NCBI GenBank assembly: GCA_002633005.1 | Contig: NMRA01001096.1 | Span: 1 to 53,987, forward strand | Source of the DNA: Phoronis australis | Lineage: Eukaryota > Animalia > Phoronida | DNA: 53,987 bases | Direction of reading: 5' to 3' | In this document: piece by piece, positions 11,940-24,814 of the stretch | Position numbering within the stretch: the first letter of the stretch is position 1 | Layout: every line of letters begins with the position of its first letter | Made by a program: the position numbers and the translations under genes | The notes under the pieces: generated by a model | Told to the model about the DNA's origin: nothing | The model's input: only the letters and a program-made list of their open reading frames with translations | Databases searched by the model: none

Positions 11940-13300
11940 TTTGTAAAGCGAAAATAGAATGGCCTGCTTAAACGTGGAATTCGGAAGAAAATAATTGTTA
12001 AAGTGTTCAATAAAGTCTCAAGATAAGAAAAAAGTTGTGCTTACAACATATTTTTACCCGCCAGAAAATGTTTGGTTCACCAAGTGACTTTGTAAAGCTA
12101 ATAAAAAATCATTCCAAGTTTAAGCAAGGGCGTGGCTTGCTTAAACTTGGAATTGGGTTGAAAACAATTGAGAATGCATTCAGAGGTGTTTCAAACGTAA
12201 TAGAAAATGCATTTATGACATACTTTAACTGGTCAGAGAATATTTGCTACACCACAGGTTTTTGTAAAGAAGAAATTGAATTATTCCAAGTTTAAGTAAG
12301 GGGCCGGCGTGGCTTGCTTAAACTTGGAATTGGGTAGAAAAAAGTGCGAATGCGCTCAGAAGTGTTCCAAAATTATTGGAAAATGCACTTAAAATGTCTT
12401 GCTACCAGTTACCAAATGTTTGGTTCACTATGGGATTTTTTGTAAAGCAGAAATTGAATTATTCCAGTTAATGCAAGGGCGTATTTTGCTTTAAAAACTG
12501 TTAATGCGCTCAAAAGTATTCTAAAGGTAATAGAAAAAAAAAACATTTAAAATGTATTGCAACCAGTCAGAGAATGGTTGATTCACCACGTGTGTTTTTG
12601 TGAAGCAGAAATTGAGTTATTCCAAATTGAAGCAAGCCACGCCCTTGCTTAAACGTTTGGTTCACATCGCGAATTTTTAGAGAAGAAATTGAATTATTCC
12701 GAGTTTAAGCAACCAGTGTGGCTTGCTTAAACTCGGAACTGCGATTGGGAATGCGCTCAGAAGGGCTCTAAAGATAATAGAAAAAAACATTTAAAAAGTA
12801 TTGCAGCCACTTAGAGAAAGTTTAATTCACCCAATGACCTAACGCCAACCTGGCACTAATTTCAAACATTCAGCTTTATTTTTATATTAGAATAGGCTGC
12901 AACACAGAAATAATACGACTCAAATGACCACCGTAGCCGCCCTAGGGCTATGACCTTGAATGCGGGTGCATTACTGAGGGACATGTAATCACAATACAGT
13001 CCTTAAATGATTTTTTATTCCAGTCCCTCCGTACTAACCAGTGTTCAGTTCATGACCAGGCCACGGAAGCTTCATTTCGGTTCAGTAACGATTTCAGCCC
13101 AAGCGCCTTGCTCTGTGATTGTGTGCCAGGCAACCGCTTAATTCCAAGTTCACGCAAGATTCCAAGTTGACGTACGGGGTTTGGCAGTTTTCTTAATCTC
13201 TAGATCACTTGCTTGATCTTGGAATTCCAAGTTGGGACGCAGCACTCACTTCCGCGTATTCTTGAGATTAAGCAGGATTCCAAGTTGAAGTACAACAGCA
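11940..13300. repeat. Degenerate ~175-bp tandem array with palindromic core, ending in a probable DNA-transposon terminus
   Basis: Hairpin attccaagtttaagcaag-loop-cttgcttaaacttggaat at ~12111, 12283, 12461, 12619 and 12696; further half-sites at 13140-13295. Confidence 0.75.
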
Positions 13301-14155
13301 CTTTACACTTCACTTAATTTTCACGAAGGACGTCGCTCTACTCGGTTGAAGCAGTGTTGGCCTACGTAGTAAATGACTTTCCTTGGTTTGTTGTGTGACG
13401 GGAGCGCCGTTTATTGATGGAGTCGTGAGTTAAGTCGAGTCGTCAGTAGAATTGACTGTTATATTTTAAAGGGTTGTAAGATGGTCAATTCCTTATTTGG
13501 TACTTCCGATGAAGAAATTTTTAGTTGTATTTTGATTGGTTTTTACATTTGACTCGAGACCCCTATTTTAGCGTAATTTGGAACATTCGCAGTGCGACTA
13601 AGCCTATAAAAATGGGCCCCTTACGCTAAAACTTCGTAAGGAATCCCAACCAAGCAAACTAACTGTTTGGGCCCTTTAAATTTGGACTTAAACGTTTTTC
13701 GGCGAATTCTTCTTGTTTTATTCTTTGTGTTGTAAGTCAAAGCTGCGATGTCGACAGATGTTAGCGATGAGTTGTAAGTTTGTAGATTTGTGCTTCATTG
13801 CATAACAAAACTCGTTATATCTATCTTCTCTCTTGTTTCACTCTCTAAATTAAAGTTGTCACCATGGTTCTCTCGGGTGCGATTCGAACGAATGAAAAAG
13901 TACATAACGCTGCAAATATTTCTATCGGTTACGAGGGCGGCGCAGCACTGAAAAAAGTGAAGGGCCAAAGCCCCTCAGCCCCCCCTGTGGTGCACGGCCT
14001 ATAGACCATGTGCGGCGTATAGCACTGAAAACAGTGGGGGGCTATAGCCCCTATGGTGCGCTGCCCATGATTTCAAATACTAAGTAGATCGGTACTGATC
14101 GCTTTCACCGATTCCCCAGAGTTGCTTTACAATGAGCCAAGAATTAGGTGTGCAT

Positions 14156-15170
14156 TGTAGGAACCGGAAAACACACAATTTTAAGTGAATAAATAAAGTA
14201 CTATTTTGAGGCAGACACCTGTGTGAAAACGAGACACTGAACAGCAGTGACTTAACAGATCGTTATAACTAGGCACCACAGTACCCCCTGGCAAGCGCGA
14301 AAGGCGACCAGAACGATTAGCCTAACAGTGGAAGGTTGATCTGCAGCAACAGACGTCGACGACACAGGTCGTTCGGTGGACTCAAAGAGCCTTCGGCGAG
14401 GAAAGCACTACTATAATGGCGCAGTGCCATCGGGACGTTTGAAAGTGTCATCCGAAGTCTTGAACTGTGTGAGTGGGGTGGCATAAGCGGCTTTGAGGCG
14501 ATCTGAACAGAACCGTCTTGTGAAACGGTCAACAGATGATCGTGAACAGATAGGTCATGCCTTGGCTCGCTGGTAGTGGGTCAACAAGGTCCACGTGGAG
14601 ATTACGAAACCTGGACGCTGGAGTGTGACGTTCTACCAAAGGTGCCTGCGTGTGGCGACGGTATCTTGGAAGCCTGATCTACTCTTTGCACCACCTCCGT
14701 ATGTCACGTTTTTCACCGGCCACGCCAGCCAAAACGCTGATTGGGATATAGCCTGCTGAGTATTTAGGGCGAGCACCAGCGTGAGACAACCTATGAATAT
14801 ACCGTATACCGGCGATCAAAAACATCACGGGTCCAAGTGGAGCGCAACACAGGTCGGTGTGTGCCAGTGGGACGTATCGCAATGCAGGGTCGAGGTACCG
14901 AACGGAATATGGCTGTAGAATATGGCTGTAGATCAAGATCTGTTGTAGCGGTTCGATATTCTGCCATTCCGGAAGACTGGTCTTGGTCATGATCCAGCTC
15001 GCTGAAGTCACCAACAGAAAAGATGCGAGGGTCACTGGATATGCCGTTGATGTCGAAAGGGGATAGTGCGTCAGCCACCACGTTAAACTTGCCTTTAAGG
15101 TATCGGATGTCCGTAGCCAGTGTCAAGTATTGGATTTCTACCAGATGTTTATAGTTCCGATAATACTTAT
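14156..15170 (-). mobile_element. Gypsy LTR retrotransposon 3' remnant (RNase H end, integrase fragment, short LTR)
   Basis: TDIRYLKGKFNVVADALS; RDIRRWCKE..RHTQAPL..SRFRNLHVDLVDPLPASQGMTYLFTII; putative LTR 14156-14280 (TGTAGG...CCACA) next to a G-rich PPT. Confidence 0.75.
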
Positions 15171-15246
15171 GTAACAGGAGTGCCCTGGACATGATTATGT
15201 AAGTGAGATATATGCGCCCTCTAGTGGTCAAGCTGTGTATTACGTN

Positions 15247-15962
15247 AAGTGTCATCCGAAGTCTTGAACTGTGTGAGTGGGGTGGCATAAGCGGCTTTGA
15301 GGCGATCTGAACAGAACCGTCTGGTGAAACGGTCAACGGATGATCGTGAACAGATAGGTCATGCCTTGGCTCGCTGGTAGTGGGTCAACAAGGTCCACGT
15401 GGAGATTACGAAACCTGGTCGCTGGAGTGTGACGTTCTACCAAAGGTGCCTGCGTGTGGCGATGGTATCTTGGAAGCCTGATCTACTCTTTGCACCACCT
15501 CCGTATGTCACGTTTTTCACCGGCCACGCCAGCCAAAACGCTGATTGGGATATAGCCTGCTGAGTATTTAGGGCGAGCACCAGCGTGAGACAACCTATGA
15601 ATATACGATCAAAAACATCACGGGTCTAAGTGGAGCGCAACACAGGTCGGTGTGTGCCAGTGGGACGTATCGCAAGGCAGGGTCGAGGTACCGAACAGAA
15701 TATGGCTGTAGAATATGGCTGTAGATCAAGATCTGTTGTAGCGGTTCGATATTCTGCCATTCCGGGAGACTGGTCTTGGTCATGATCCAGCTCGCTGAAG
15801 TCACCAACAGAAAAGATGCGAGGGTCACTGGATATGCCGTTGATGTCGAAAGGGGATAGTGCGTCAGCCACCACGTTAAACTTGCCTTTAAGGTATCGGA
15901 TGTCCGTAGCCAGTGTTAAGTATTGGATTTCTACCAGATGTTTATAGTTCCGATAATACTTA
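15247..15962 (-). repeat. Near-identical second copy of 14443-15170 (Gypsy pol fragment), probably a haplotype duplication
   Basis: Starts right after the single N at 15246; differs by a few SNPs and an ~11-bp deletion. Confidence 0.85.
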
Positions 15963-16572
15963 TATGTATGACTGTTTATCACGTGTTACTATGACGTCCT
16001 TAGCGTGTATAAATAGTTTTCTTGCATGTGTTTTAGTCATTTGGATGTCGTTTGCTTTAATGGTGATTACTTTGATGGTATAATTCTTATATCATTCAAT
16101 TGGTTTTATATTCGTCGTACACAGACGATGTTGTCGCAGAATGTGTTTATTGTGTTTTTGCTTCATTTAGTTTAGTCATCGTATTACATCACTTACTGTT
16201 GCAGAAGATGAGCAATACTTCCTATTCCCAGAACTGTTTATTTGTCAGCATAGTGCATCCTTTATTTGTTCTTTTATTTGATTGGTTAATTTGTGTTTCT
16301 ATGGTCTCTATATATATGTATCACTTTCACTTATGATTTAAGTAGTAGCTTCAGTAGTATGAATTGATTAGTAGTTGTTTCCCGCATTGAGACTTGTTCT
16401 CATCATTCGTTGACAGTCTTCAATATACTAGTCAAGACTCATCTCTTGTGTTCTTGCCTACGAACCACCTCGTACACAGCCAAACCGCATTTTTCCGTGT
16501 AACCCCACATTTTGGTGCCGTGGCCGAGGATTGAAGACTGACTGCCCCATCGTTCAACTCATACTAGCTACC

Positions 16573-17589
16573 ATGGACACTTCATTGAAACGCCTGAAGT
16601 CAAAACGCACCCCACAGAAAGGTCAAGTCACCACCCTGCTCAACCGCCTACACGAGCTACGCCTTCATCACCTGAGAGCAAACTTGTACTGGGCACCCTT
16701 AACACCAAGCTGAACACCATTCGTATTGCTCAGCTCGAGGTTCACTCCGCTCTCCCGTCTCCACAACGTGCCGTGATCAACGCACCCTCAACTGGAAATG
16801 TGCGTCTTACCTCGCTTTTCTGGCGACCGATTGGACGTCCCCGCATTCTGGGACATGTTCTCCGCCACTGTTGACTCGAATCACCTGCTTCCAGTAATTC
16901 AAAAACTTCAATATTTGTTTTCGGTGATTGATGGACCTGCCAAAGAAGTTATCAATGGACTCACCCTCACGCCAGAAAATTATATTACTGCAAAAGAACT
17001 TCTTACGGAACGCTACGGTTCAGTAACTAAGCTCAAAGCCGACATCTTCCGTTCGTTCCAATATCTGCCACACTCATCCCAAGGAAATTTTGGACACCTT
17101 TACGCACACCTGGAAAAAGTCCTTCGCACTCTTAACTCGGTCGATCCTTATGGTAACAAGGACTTTCTTGTTACCGTTGTGTTAGACAAGCTGCCAATCG
17201 AGATACAGCCCAACATAGCACGCCCCAACAATGGAAGTTTAGAATGCGACATTGCCACTCTACGCGCATATCTAAAAACTGAATGCGATATTATGGAGAC
17301 AGGTAACCACCATCAGAACCAGCTGTCTGCCAGTCACAGCGATTACTGCTCAACGGCTGCCTTCCAAACCAGCGCGGCCAGACTGTACAAGACCAATCGT
17401 AAGTGCTTTTACTGCTCGAGGGACCACTCACCCACTCACTGCCCAACACACATTTCTTATGATTCTCGCTTAATTATAGTTAAGAAAAAGAAAGCGTGTT
17501 TCAATTGTCTAGGCAACCATAGAATAACTGACTGCCAGTTTCGCAATACATGTCGCCAATGCAATTCGAAACATCACAGCAGCTTATGA
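16573..17589 (+). pseudogene. gag: BEL/Pao gag (DUF1759-like region plus three Cys/His knuckles)
   Basis: LPRFSGD...FWDMFSATVDSN...KLQYL...ENY..AKELLTERYG; CFYC..H....C, CFNC...H....C, CRQC...HHSSL. Confidence 0.85.
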
Positions 17590-17699
17590 CGAAAGCCCAA
17601 TATAGAGACCCTTCAATCGCTAAAAGTCCTCCTCGACCAGTTTGTCACCAGTGAAAAAAGCCGTCGATACCTCAAAGCACGACCTACCCCCGCCACAAG

Positions 17700-18830
17700 T
17701 TCACAGAATTGGCCATCAAAGATGCACACGTCAGAACCCTCCACAGTGGTGTCAACATGACCAGCACATACTTACGTCAGCACTACTGGATTCCAAGAAT
17801 CCGCCAACGCGTAAAGGCTGTCATCCGGTTGTGTGTACCATGTTGCAGAGTGACTGGTCAACCGTATCCTCAACCAGCCACGCCCCCACTGCCTGCTGAC
17901 CGTGTGCGAGATGCATAATCATTTGAGATCACAGGTGTCGATTACACTGGCCATCTGTTCGTCAAGAACCCTTCTGACAGCAACAACAACACAGCCTACG
18001 TGTGTTTGTTTACGTGTACAGTTACTCGAGCGATACATCTGGAGTTGGTCTCTGACTTAACTGTAACATCATTTATTCAAGCCTTTCGTCGCTTTGCCAG
18101 CCGACGCTCCTTACCACGTGTTATGATTTCTGACAATGCCACAAATTTTGTTGGTGCTCCAGCAGACGTCAATGAATTGATCAAATCTCCTCATATTCAA
18201 GATTTCTTCGCAGATCAACACGTTACATGGAAATTCATTCCACGCCGCGCTCCATGGTTCTGTGGTTTTTGGGAACGTCTTGTTGGACTTACCAAGACCT
18301 GCTTAAAAAATGTCCTAGGTCGTTCACAGGTGCCATTTGATGAACTTCGTACGATTCTCACTGAATGTGAATGTATCCTAAACGACCGCACCCTCACATT
18401 TGTATCCGGTTCTGACGATGAACCTGAACCGCTATCTCCATCTCACATATTATACGGACGTAGACTCTTAGCCCATTCCGCGACGTTCAAAATGACGAAC
18501 TCATTGACCCCAATTTTGACGCGACTTCTGTACAATTGCAGTATACAAGGCGATCTGCTCTAATCAGTCATTTCTTTCGTCGTTGGCAACACTAATATTT
18601 AACTGCACTTCGTGAAAGACAACAACTCGTAACCCGACGTAACCATACTTTATCCATCAACATCGGCGACGTTGTTTTGGTTCACGACGACAAGGCACGT
18701 GTTCTATGGAAAATGGCTAGAGTGGAGCGACTCAATTACGGGCATGATGGATTCATTCGCTCTGCCGACATTCGATCTCAGTCTGGCAGAACCAACCGTC
18801 CCGTGACAAAGCTCTACCCTCTCGAAACAA
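17700..18830 (+). pseudogene. BEL/Pao integrase plus DUF5641-like tail, disrupted
   Basis: HVRTLHSGV..LRQHYWIPR..CVPC; CLFTCTVTRAIHLELV; ISDNATNF; WKFIP..APW..GFWERLV; WKMARV..RPVTKLYPLE. Confidence 0.9.
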
Positions 18831-19551
18831 TTGTAGACTCCGTTCCGAATCCGCCACCCACCGACACTACAAATACCCCATCTAATTCGACCTCAACATC
18901 GCATCCTCCACGACCACAAAGACGGGCAGCTCTCCAAGCTCGTCACAATATACGACGTTGGACAACTGAACGATTCGACCACATTATTTCGTTTTTCATA
19001 CGTCCTCCTTTTTCACATGTTTATAGTACCAGTTAATTCTTATTCTAGCATATTTCTCGTGTTAATTCTAGCATTGTTCATTATTAGGCATTTGAGTACT
19101 AGTTGTTTTTAATTCCTCAACTATTTTGTGGGGGAGGATGTCGCAGAATGTGTTATTGTGTTTTTGCTTCATTTAGTTTAGTCATCGTATTACATCACTT
19201 ACTGTTGTTGTTTACTACCACTTTCTCCGCATGCAGAACATGAGTAATACTTCCTATTCTTAGAGCTGTTTATTCGTTAGCATAATGCATCTTTATTTGT
19301 TCATTTATTTGATTGGTTAATTTGTGTTTCTCTGGTCTCTCTCTCTCTATATATATATATCACTTTCACTTATATTTTAAGTAGTAGCTTCAGTGTTATG
19401 AGTTGATTAGTACTTGTTTCCGCATTGAGAGTTGTTCTAATCATTCGTTGACTGTCTTCAATATACTAGTCAAGACTCATCTCTTGTGTTTTTGCCTACG
19501 AACCACCTCGTACACAGCCAAACCGACCGCATTTTTCCGTGTACCCCCACA

Positions 19552-19715
19552 ATCGTATTACATCACTTACTGTTGTTGTTTACCACCACTTTTTCCGCAT
19601 GCAGAAGATGAGTAATACTTCCTATTCCTAGAACCGTTTGTATGTCAGTTATTTCTTTGTCTTATTTGATTGGTTAATTCGTGTTTCTCTAGTCATATAC
19701 ATGTATATATATATA

Positions 19716-19749
<34 letters not shown>

Positions 19750-19980
19750 CATATCACTTTCCCTTGTATTTCATAAAGTAGCTTCAGTAGTATCACTACC
19801 GCTTCAGTAGTTTCCATGAGTTGATCAGTAGTTGTTTCTCCGCATTGAGAGTTGTTCCTACTCATGTAACAGTTTTCAATATACTCGTCAAGACTCATCT
19901 CTTGTTCTGTTCCAACGAACCACCTCTTACATAACCGAACCGCGTTATCCCGTGTATCCCACATTTTGGTGCCGTGGCCC
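19552..19980 (+). repeat. Third, 5'-truncated copy of the BEL LTR followed by a PBS
   Basis: Begins at LTR-internal atcgtattacatcac, contains a (TATATG)n expansion at ~19705-19750, ends ...cccaca ttttggtgccgtggcc. Confidence 0.85.
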
Positions 19981-21255
19981 GGCTTCTGAACGGAGTCTAC
20001 ACTTGTTTCAAGTGGGTAGAGCTTAGTCACGGGACGGTTGGTTCTGCCAGACTGAGAACGAATGTCGGCAGAGCGAATGAAGCCATCATGCCCGTAATTG
20101 AGTCGCTCTACTCGAGCTATTTTCCACAGATTACGTGACTTGTCGTCGTGAACCAAAACAACGTCCCCGATGTTGATGGGTGAAGTAAGGTTACGTCAGC
20201 TAGTTACGAGTTGCTGTCGTTCACGAAGTGCAGTTATATACTCGTGTTGCCAACGGCGAAAGAAATGAGTGATGAGTGCGGATCGCCTTGTATACTGCAA
20301 CTGAACTGTAGCTGCGTCGAAATTGGGGTCCGTAAGTTCGTCATTTTGAATGTTGCGGAAGGGAAAGCCGGAGAGTCTACGTCCGTATAAAATGCGAGAC
20401 GGAGAAAGCGGTTCAGGTTCATCTTTAGAGCCGGATACAAATGTGAGGGGACGGTCGTTTAGAATACATTCACATTCAGTGAGAATCGTGCGAAGTTCGT
20501 CAAATGGCACCTGCGAACGACCTAGGATCGTTTTAGTAAGTTTTAGTAATTCCAACGAGACGTTCCCAAAAACAACCGAACCATGGAGCGCGGCGTGGAA
20601 TGAATTTCTATGTAACGTGTTTATCTGCGAGAAAATCTTGAATCGGAACTGATTTGATCAATTCATTGACGTCTGTTGGAGCACCAACAAAATTCGTGGC
20701 ATTGTCAGAAATCATAACACGTGGTAAGGACTACGTCGGCTAGCAAAGCGACGAAAGGCTTGGATAAATGATATGACAGTTAACTCAGAGACCAACTCCA
20801 GATGTATCGCTCGAGTAATTCCGCTGTAAATAAACATACGTAGGCTGTGTTGTTGTTGTTGTCAGAAGGGTTCTTGACGAACAGAAGGCCAGTATAATGG
20901 ACACCAGAGATTTCAAAAGGTTGTGCATCACGCACGCGGTCAGCAGGCAGTGGGGGCGTGGCTGGTTGAGGATACGGTTGACCAGTCGCTCTGCGACATG
21001 GTACACACAACCGGATGACAGCCTTTACGCGTTGGCGGATTCTTGGAATCCAGTAGTGCTGACGTAAATATGTGCTGGTCATGTTGACACCACTGTGGAG
21101 GGTTCTGACGTGTGCATCTTTGATGACCAATTCTGTGAACTTGTGTGGGTGGATGGCAACAGGATGGGGAACTTGGTGTGGTCAGGTAGGTTGGCGTTGT
21201 GTATCCTTCCTGCGCTGAGTAATAGGCCATCTTGAACAAACAACTTCAACTGAAA
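19981..21255 (-). pseudogene. Inverted second copy of the same BEL integrase region
   Basis: ORFs 20780-21130, 20196-20555 and 19689-20156 are nearly identical in protein to 17709-19036; extends further upstream (GRIHNANLPDHTKFPILLP). Confidence 0.9.
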
Positions 21256-21259
21256 AGGG

Positions 21260-22634
21260 TCCTGGGGGAGTTAAATTAACCAGGAGAGAATCCGCAGTCA
21301 CCTCCTCGCCCAAAACTGTGAGTGGATATTCAACCCTCCTCATGCCTGGAACTTTGGAGGAGTCTGGGAAAGGCCAATCTCCACCATACGGAGAGTCCTA
21401 GATGGTATGCTTGTTGGCTTGGGAAGTCCTCAAGTGACCCATGAGCTGCTATCAACGCTTCTAGCTGAAGTCTCCGGTATTGTCAACGCTCGACCGATAG
21501 CTCCCATTTCTACTGACGTTGAGGTTGCAGAACCATTGTCTCCGTCTATGCTGCTCACTATGAAATCACGTCCGATTAACTCTCCTTTAGGCAATTTCAC
21601 ACGGCTGGACCACTACAGTCGTCGACATTGGAGGCGAGTGCAGTACTTAGCTAACCAGTTTTGGGTACGATAGCGACGGAAATACCTGGGGAATCTCCAA
21701 TGACGTGAGAAGTGGCGACAAAGGCATAGGAATATATCAGTTGGTGATGTGGTGCTCATGCGCGACCAGGATGTACTTCGCAGTGAATGGCCACTCGGAA
21801 GAGTTACGGAGACCTTCAACTCTGATGATGGTATCGCGAGGAAGGCTTGTGTGGTCGAGACCGCCCGTGATGGAGTCAAGAAGATTTACACTCGGGTTGC
21901 TAAAGAACTTATTGTGTTACTTGAAGACAATTGACTGTATTTCGCATTCTGGCACTTTTGTAAAGGCTTTGCCTTTAGGGAAGGAGTGTCGTGTCACGTA
22001 GGCTCATTCTGCCTTACTCTCCCTTTCTGGATTAGTTTTTAAGTATCTCGTTAGATGTCGCTATGTGATTCCCATTATGGACGCCGCATGCTCGGCACTA
22101 TTTTTACTAGTTATTTTAGTTATTCCTAGAATTTAGCCTTGTTACAGAGGATAGTTTGTGAGTAGTTCGTTATTTACTCATATTCCCTTCCGTTCTTGTA
22201 GGTATTTGTTTCAGTGTTCTCGTAATTTCAGTACTGTAGGTTTATTTGCAGTCTTTTTGATCTGCCATTATTGTTTGTTGCCGATTTGCAGGACGCCTCA
22301 TTGTGTATTTCCCTACTAGTTTTAGAGTATTTGACTTCCATTACTGTTTATTTAGATTCGGGAATTTGCAGTATTATTCTTGCAGTATTTGCAGTACCTG
22401 TTCTCCAGGTATTTCTAGATATTCCTTTGGCGTAGCTCGGTGTATTTTAGAAATTATCTCCCTTGTATTTCATTGGGCTTTGTCATTGTCTTGTGTGGGG
22501 TTTGTTTTATCTATCTTTTTTGCACTCTTGTATGCCTTTGTAAATGGCACAGCATACTGACACTGTTCATTGTTTATTTCAGTTTTCACCAGTTTGCAAT
22601 AAATGATTCACTTCTGGAATTGTAATTCATGACA
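21260..22634 (+). mobile_element. 3' end of a second BEL/Pao family (integrase C-terminus, PPT, LTR)
   Basis: WIFNPPHA..FGGVWE; LLAEVSGIVNARPI; WRRVQYLANQFW; WPLGRV; PPT agggaaggag; LTR 21987-22634 TGTCGTG...CATGACA with AATAAA. Confidence 0.85.
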
Positions 22635-24289
22635 CCCCTGCTCCTATGGGACAGGACAACCTCTCAGAAACACTGCGTCATTTCAGATAGTACTAGAAAT
22701 GAGTGTACTGCCATTGCTGTTTTCGATAACCGCTAATACACAATATTATGGGTTATTAATATCTCATGCTATTCCTAAAAAGTAATAAACACACGCACTT
22801 AAAAAAGCACAGAAGATACACCTCAGGTGTTCAAAAATTGCCCCCAAACTTTTAACTTAAAAAACAGGCCAACTGAACTAACATTTGTCACTGAAGACTA
22901 ATTATCAATGTATTTACTAAATCATCAATACCTCGAAATCATACACACAAATTATCAAACCCATATAAAGACCTAACAGAAGAAACAGTCAACTTTTATG
23001 CGCAGCTGTCAAACGAATCAAAATTCTACGCTCAACGTTCTAAACCTTTTACCTATTTGATGCCATGGTTTTGCTCGGCATCATCCCTTTTACAGCACAC
23101 GATCTTCTGGCCAACCCTCACCATTTTCCGGGCTTGGGACCGGCACTAACACCCGAGGAACTTGGAATGCATTCAGCAAGGAATTATTTTACGAGTCTGG
23201 CGAGATCCCGCTTGTCACGAGAGTCTGAATATTGAATTGCATGAGATAACGGGACTTGCACTTTCTGTTGCATAAGCCAAGCTTTATCAGACTCAGAATA
23301 GTGGCTGGGTTTCAAAAATAGCTAAAAACTGCACACGAAGCGTTAATTTCCGGTCTTTTAGGTATGTGATCAGAAACAGTGCTTACAGGTATGACATATG
23401 AATTTCACATTTTAATTTTTTTGTAAATTTACGCTAAACAGTACGGAGGTTCAGGTGCAATACACAGCAAAAACAGAAAAAACATCCATCACAGCCAAAA
23501 GCAATTTTTTTAGAAAAGCATATTCATGCAATCTGTGGGTATTATTTTCTAACCCAGAGAACATTTCGTTACTAAAAAAATTAAGAAAACCATCTTTGAC
23601 GTGTTAAACAAATTTAAATCTGTTGCCACAAAAGTTTCCCAGCGATGTTAACATGGAATCCAAATCCTGACAAATAATCATCAATACCTTAATGAATTGC
23701 ACGTCTCAACTTTTGGTAACACTATCAAAGTAGGGGACATTTTTGAACACCTGTATAATGTCATAAATAACAACCACAAATATGGGTGAACAACAGGCAC
23801 ATGTATATATACTTCCATGGTCCAACAGATACCAGAGGACAACATTACACACCAACTATACACACTTACTATTACCATAGATACCAATGCAGTGTCCTCA
23901 TTCACCAGAGGGGAAAAGTGCTTGTGCCTTTAAGAGGGTATTTTTTTTGGGGGGGGAAGGGAATATTCTACCACCCAATCACAACATCCTAACACTGTTG
24001 CAAGCCCTCATACATAGTATGCTCTGTATCCAGGAGCTAAAACTAGCATTTTATTTTCATTCAAATTGCCATCAGTGTGAGTTATAAAAGATGCGAACCT
24101 CAAAGGGAATTTTTCAACCCTATGAGTGGAATATTTGCACCTCGTGAGAGGAATTGCGCACGATTTTTCAATATTTTTCACAGGGAAATGCGGGTTGATT
24201 TTCCGTTCAAAACTTGTGGGATTGAGGGCCCCGCAACCGTAAATTACAAGTCACAAGCAAAGGTCAGAACAGCCCCGTATGACCTTAAA

Positions 24290-24511
24290 TTACAGGTTAG
24301 AAGTATCCACAATGCACTTAACAAACAAGGTGTCATCCCGCAAGTAGTTGTGTTTGTTCTGGATCAGACGATCAAATGCCGAGAACATAGGACATCCACT
24401 GGCGATGTTCATCTCCGACGTAGGTCGCTTAAATGATGAGCTCGCCTCGTCTGGCCGAAAAGCATCTATGATGTGGTTACGGTTGTCCTGATCCAAAATC
24501 ATCAGAGTCAC
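24290..24511 (-). CDS. TRAF2: TRAF2-like, last coding exon (MATH C-terminus)
   Basis: VTLMILDQDNRNHIIDAFRPDEASSSFKRPTSEMNIASGCPMF...YLRDDTLFVKCIVD; cag acceptor at 24512-24514; TAA stop. Confidence 0.93.
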   Translation of the reverse strand: MTLMILDQDNRNHIIDAFRPDEASSSFKRPTSEMNIASGCPMFSAFDRLIQNKHNYLRDDTLFVKCIVDTSNL

Positions 24512-24814
24512 CTGGTGGTGGAAGTACGTGATAAAGTAATACGTAAAATCTCCAAAATTTCGAGCAAAACGATTGCCAAAAAAGCCGTTTTTAAAATTCT
24601 TAAGACTTTCAGCACGTTTTTAACATCCTTAATATATATTAAAGTAAACTATGGAGGTAACACAACATGCTTTTGTTTATGTGACTATGTTGACAAATTG
24701 TAAACAATGTCAAAACAGCCAAGGATATCAATATTAACCTTCAAAACGAACAGCATGAAAACCTGGGTTCCTAATCAATTTTACTAAATGTTTAAGGCAG
24801 TGCCACCAACTCAC

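Larger units (their letters stand above)
16132..19551 (+). mobile_element. BEL/Pao LTR retrotransposon, internally deleted (no PR/RT/RNase H)
   Basis: LTRs 16132-16509 and 19139-19551 (TGTCGCAG...CCCCACA); tRNA-His-type PBS TGGTGCCGTGGCCGAGGAT at ~16513; PPT ggggagga before 19139. Confidence 0.9.

Noticed and set aside
11940-12800. CRISPR-like appearance (palindromic repeats with spacers)
   Set aside because: Spacers are ~130 bp and homologous to each other, repeats are degenerate, there are no cas genes, and the context is eukaryotic
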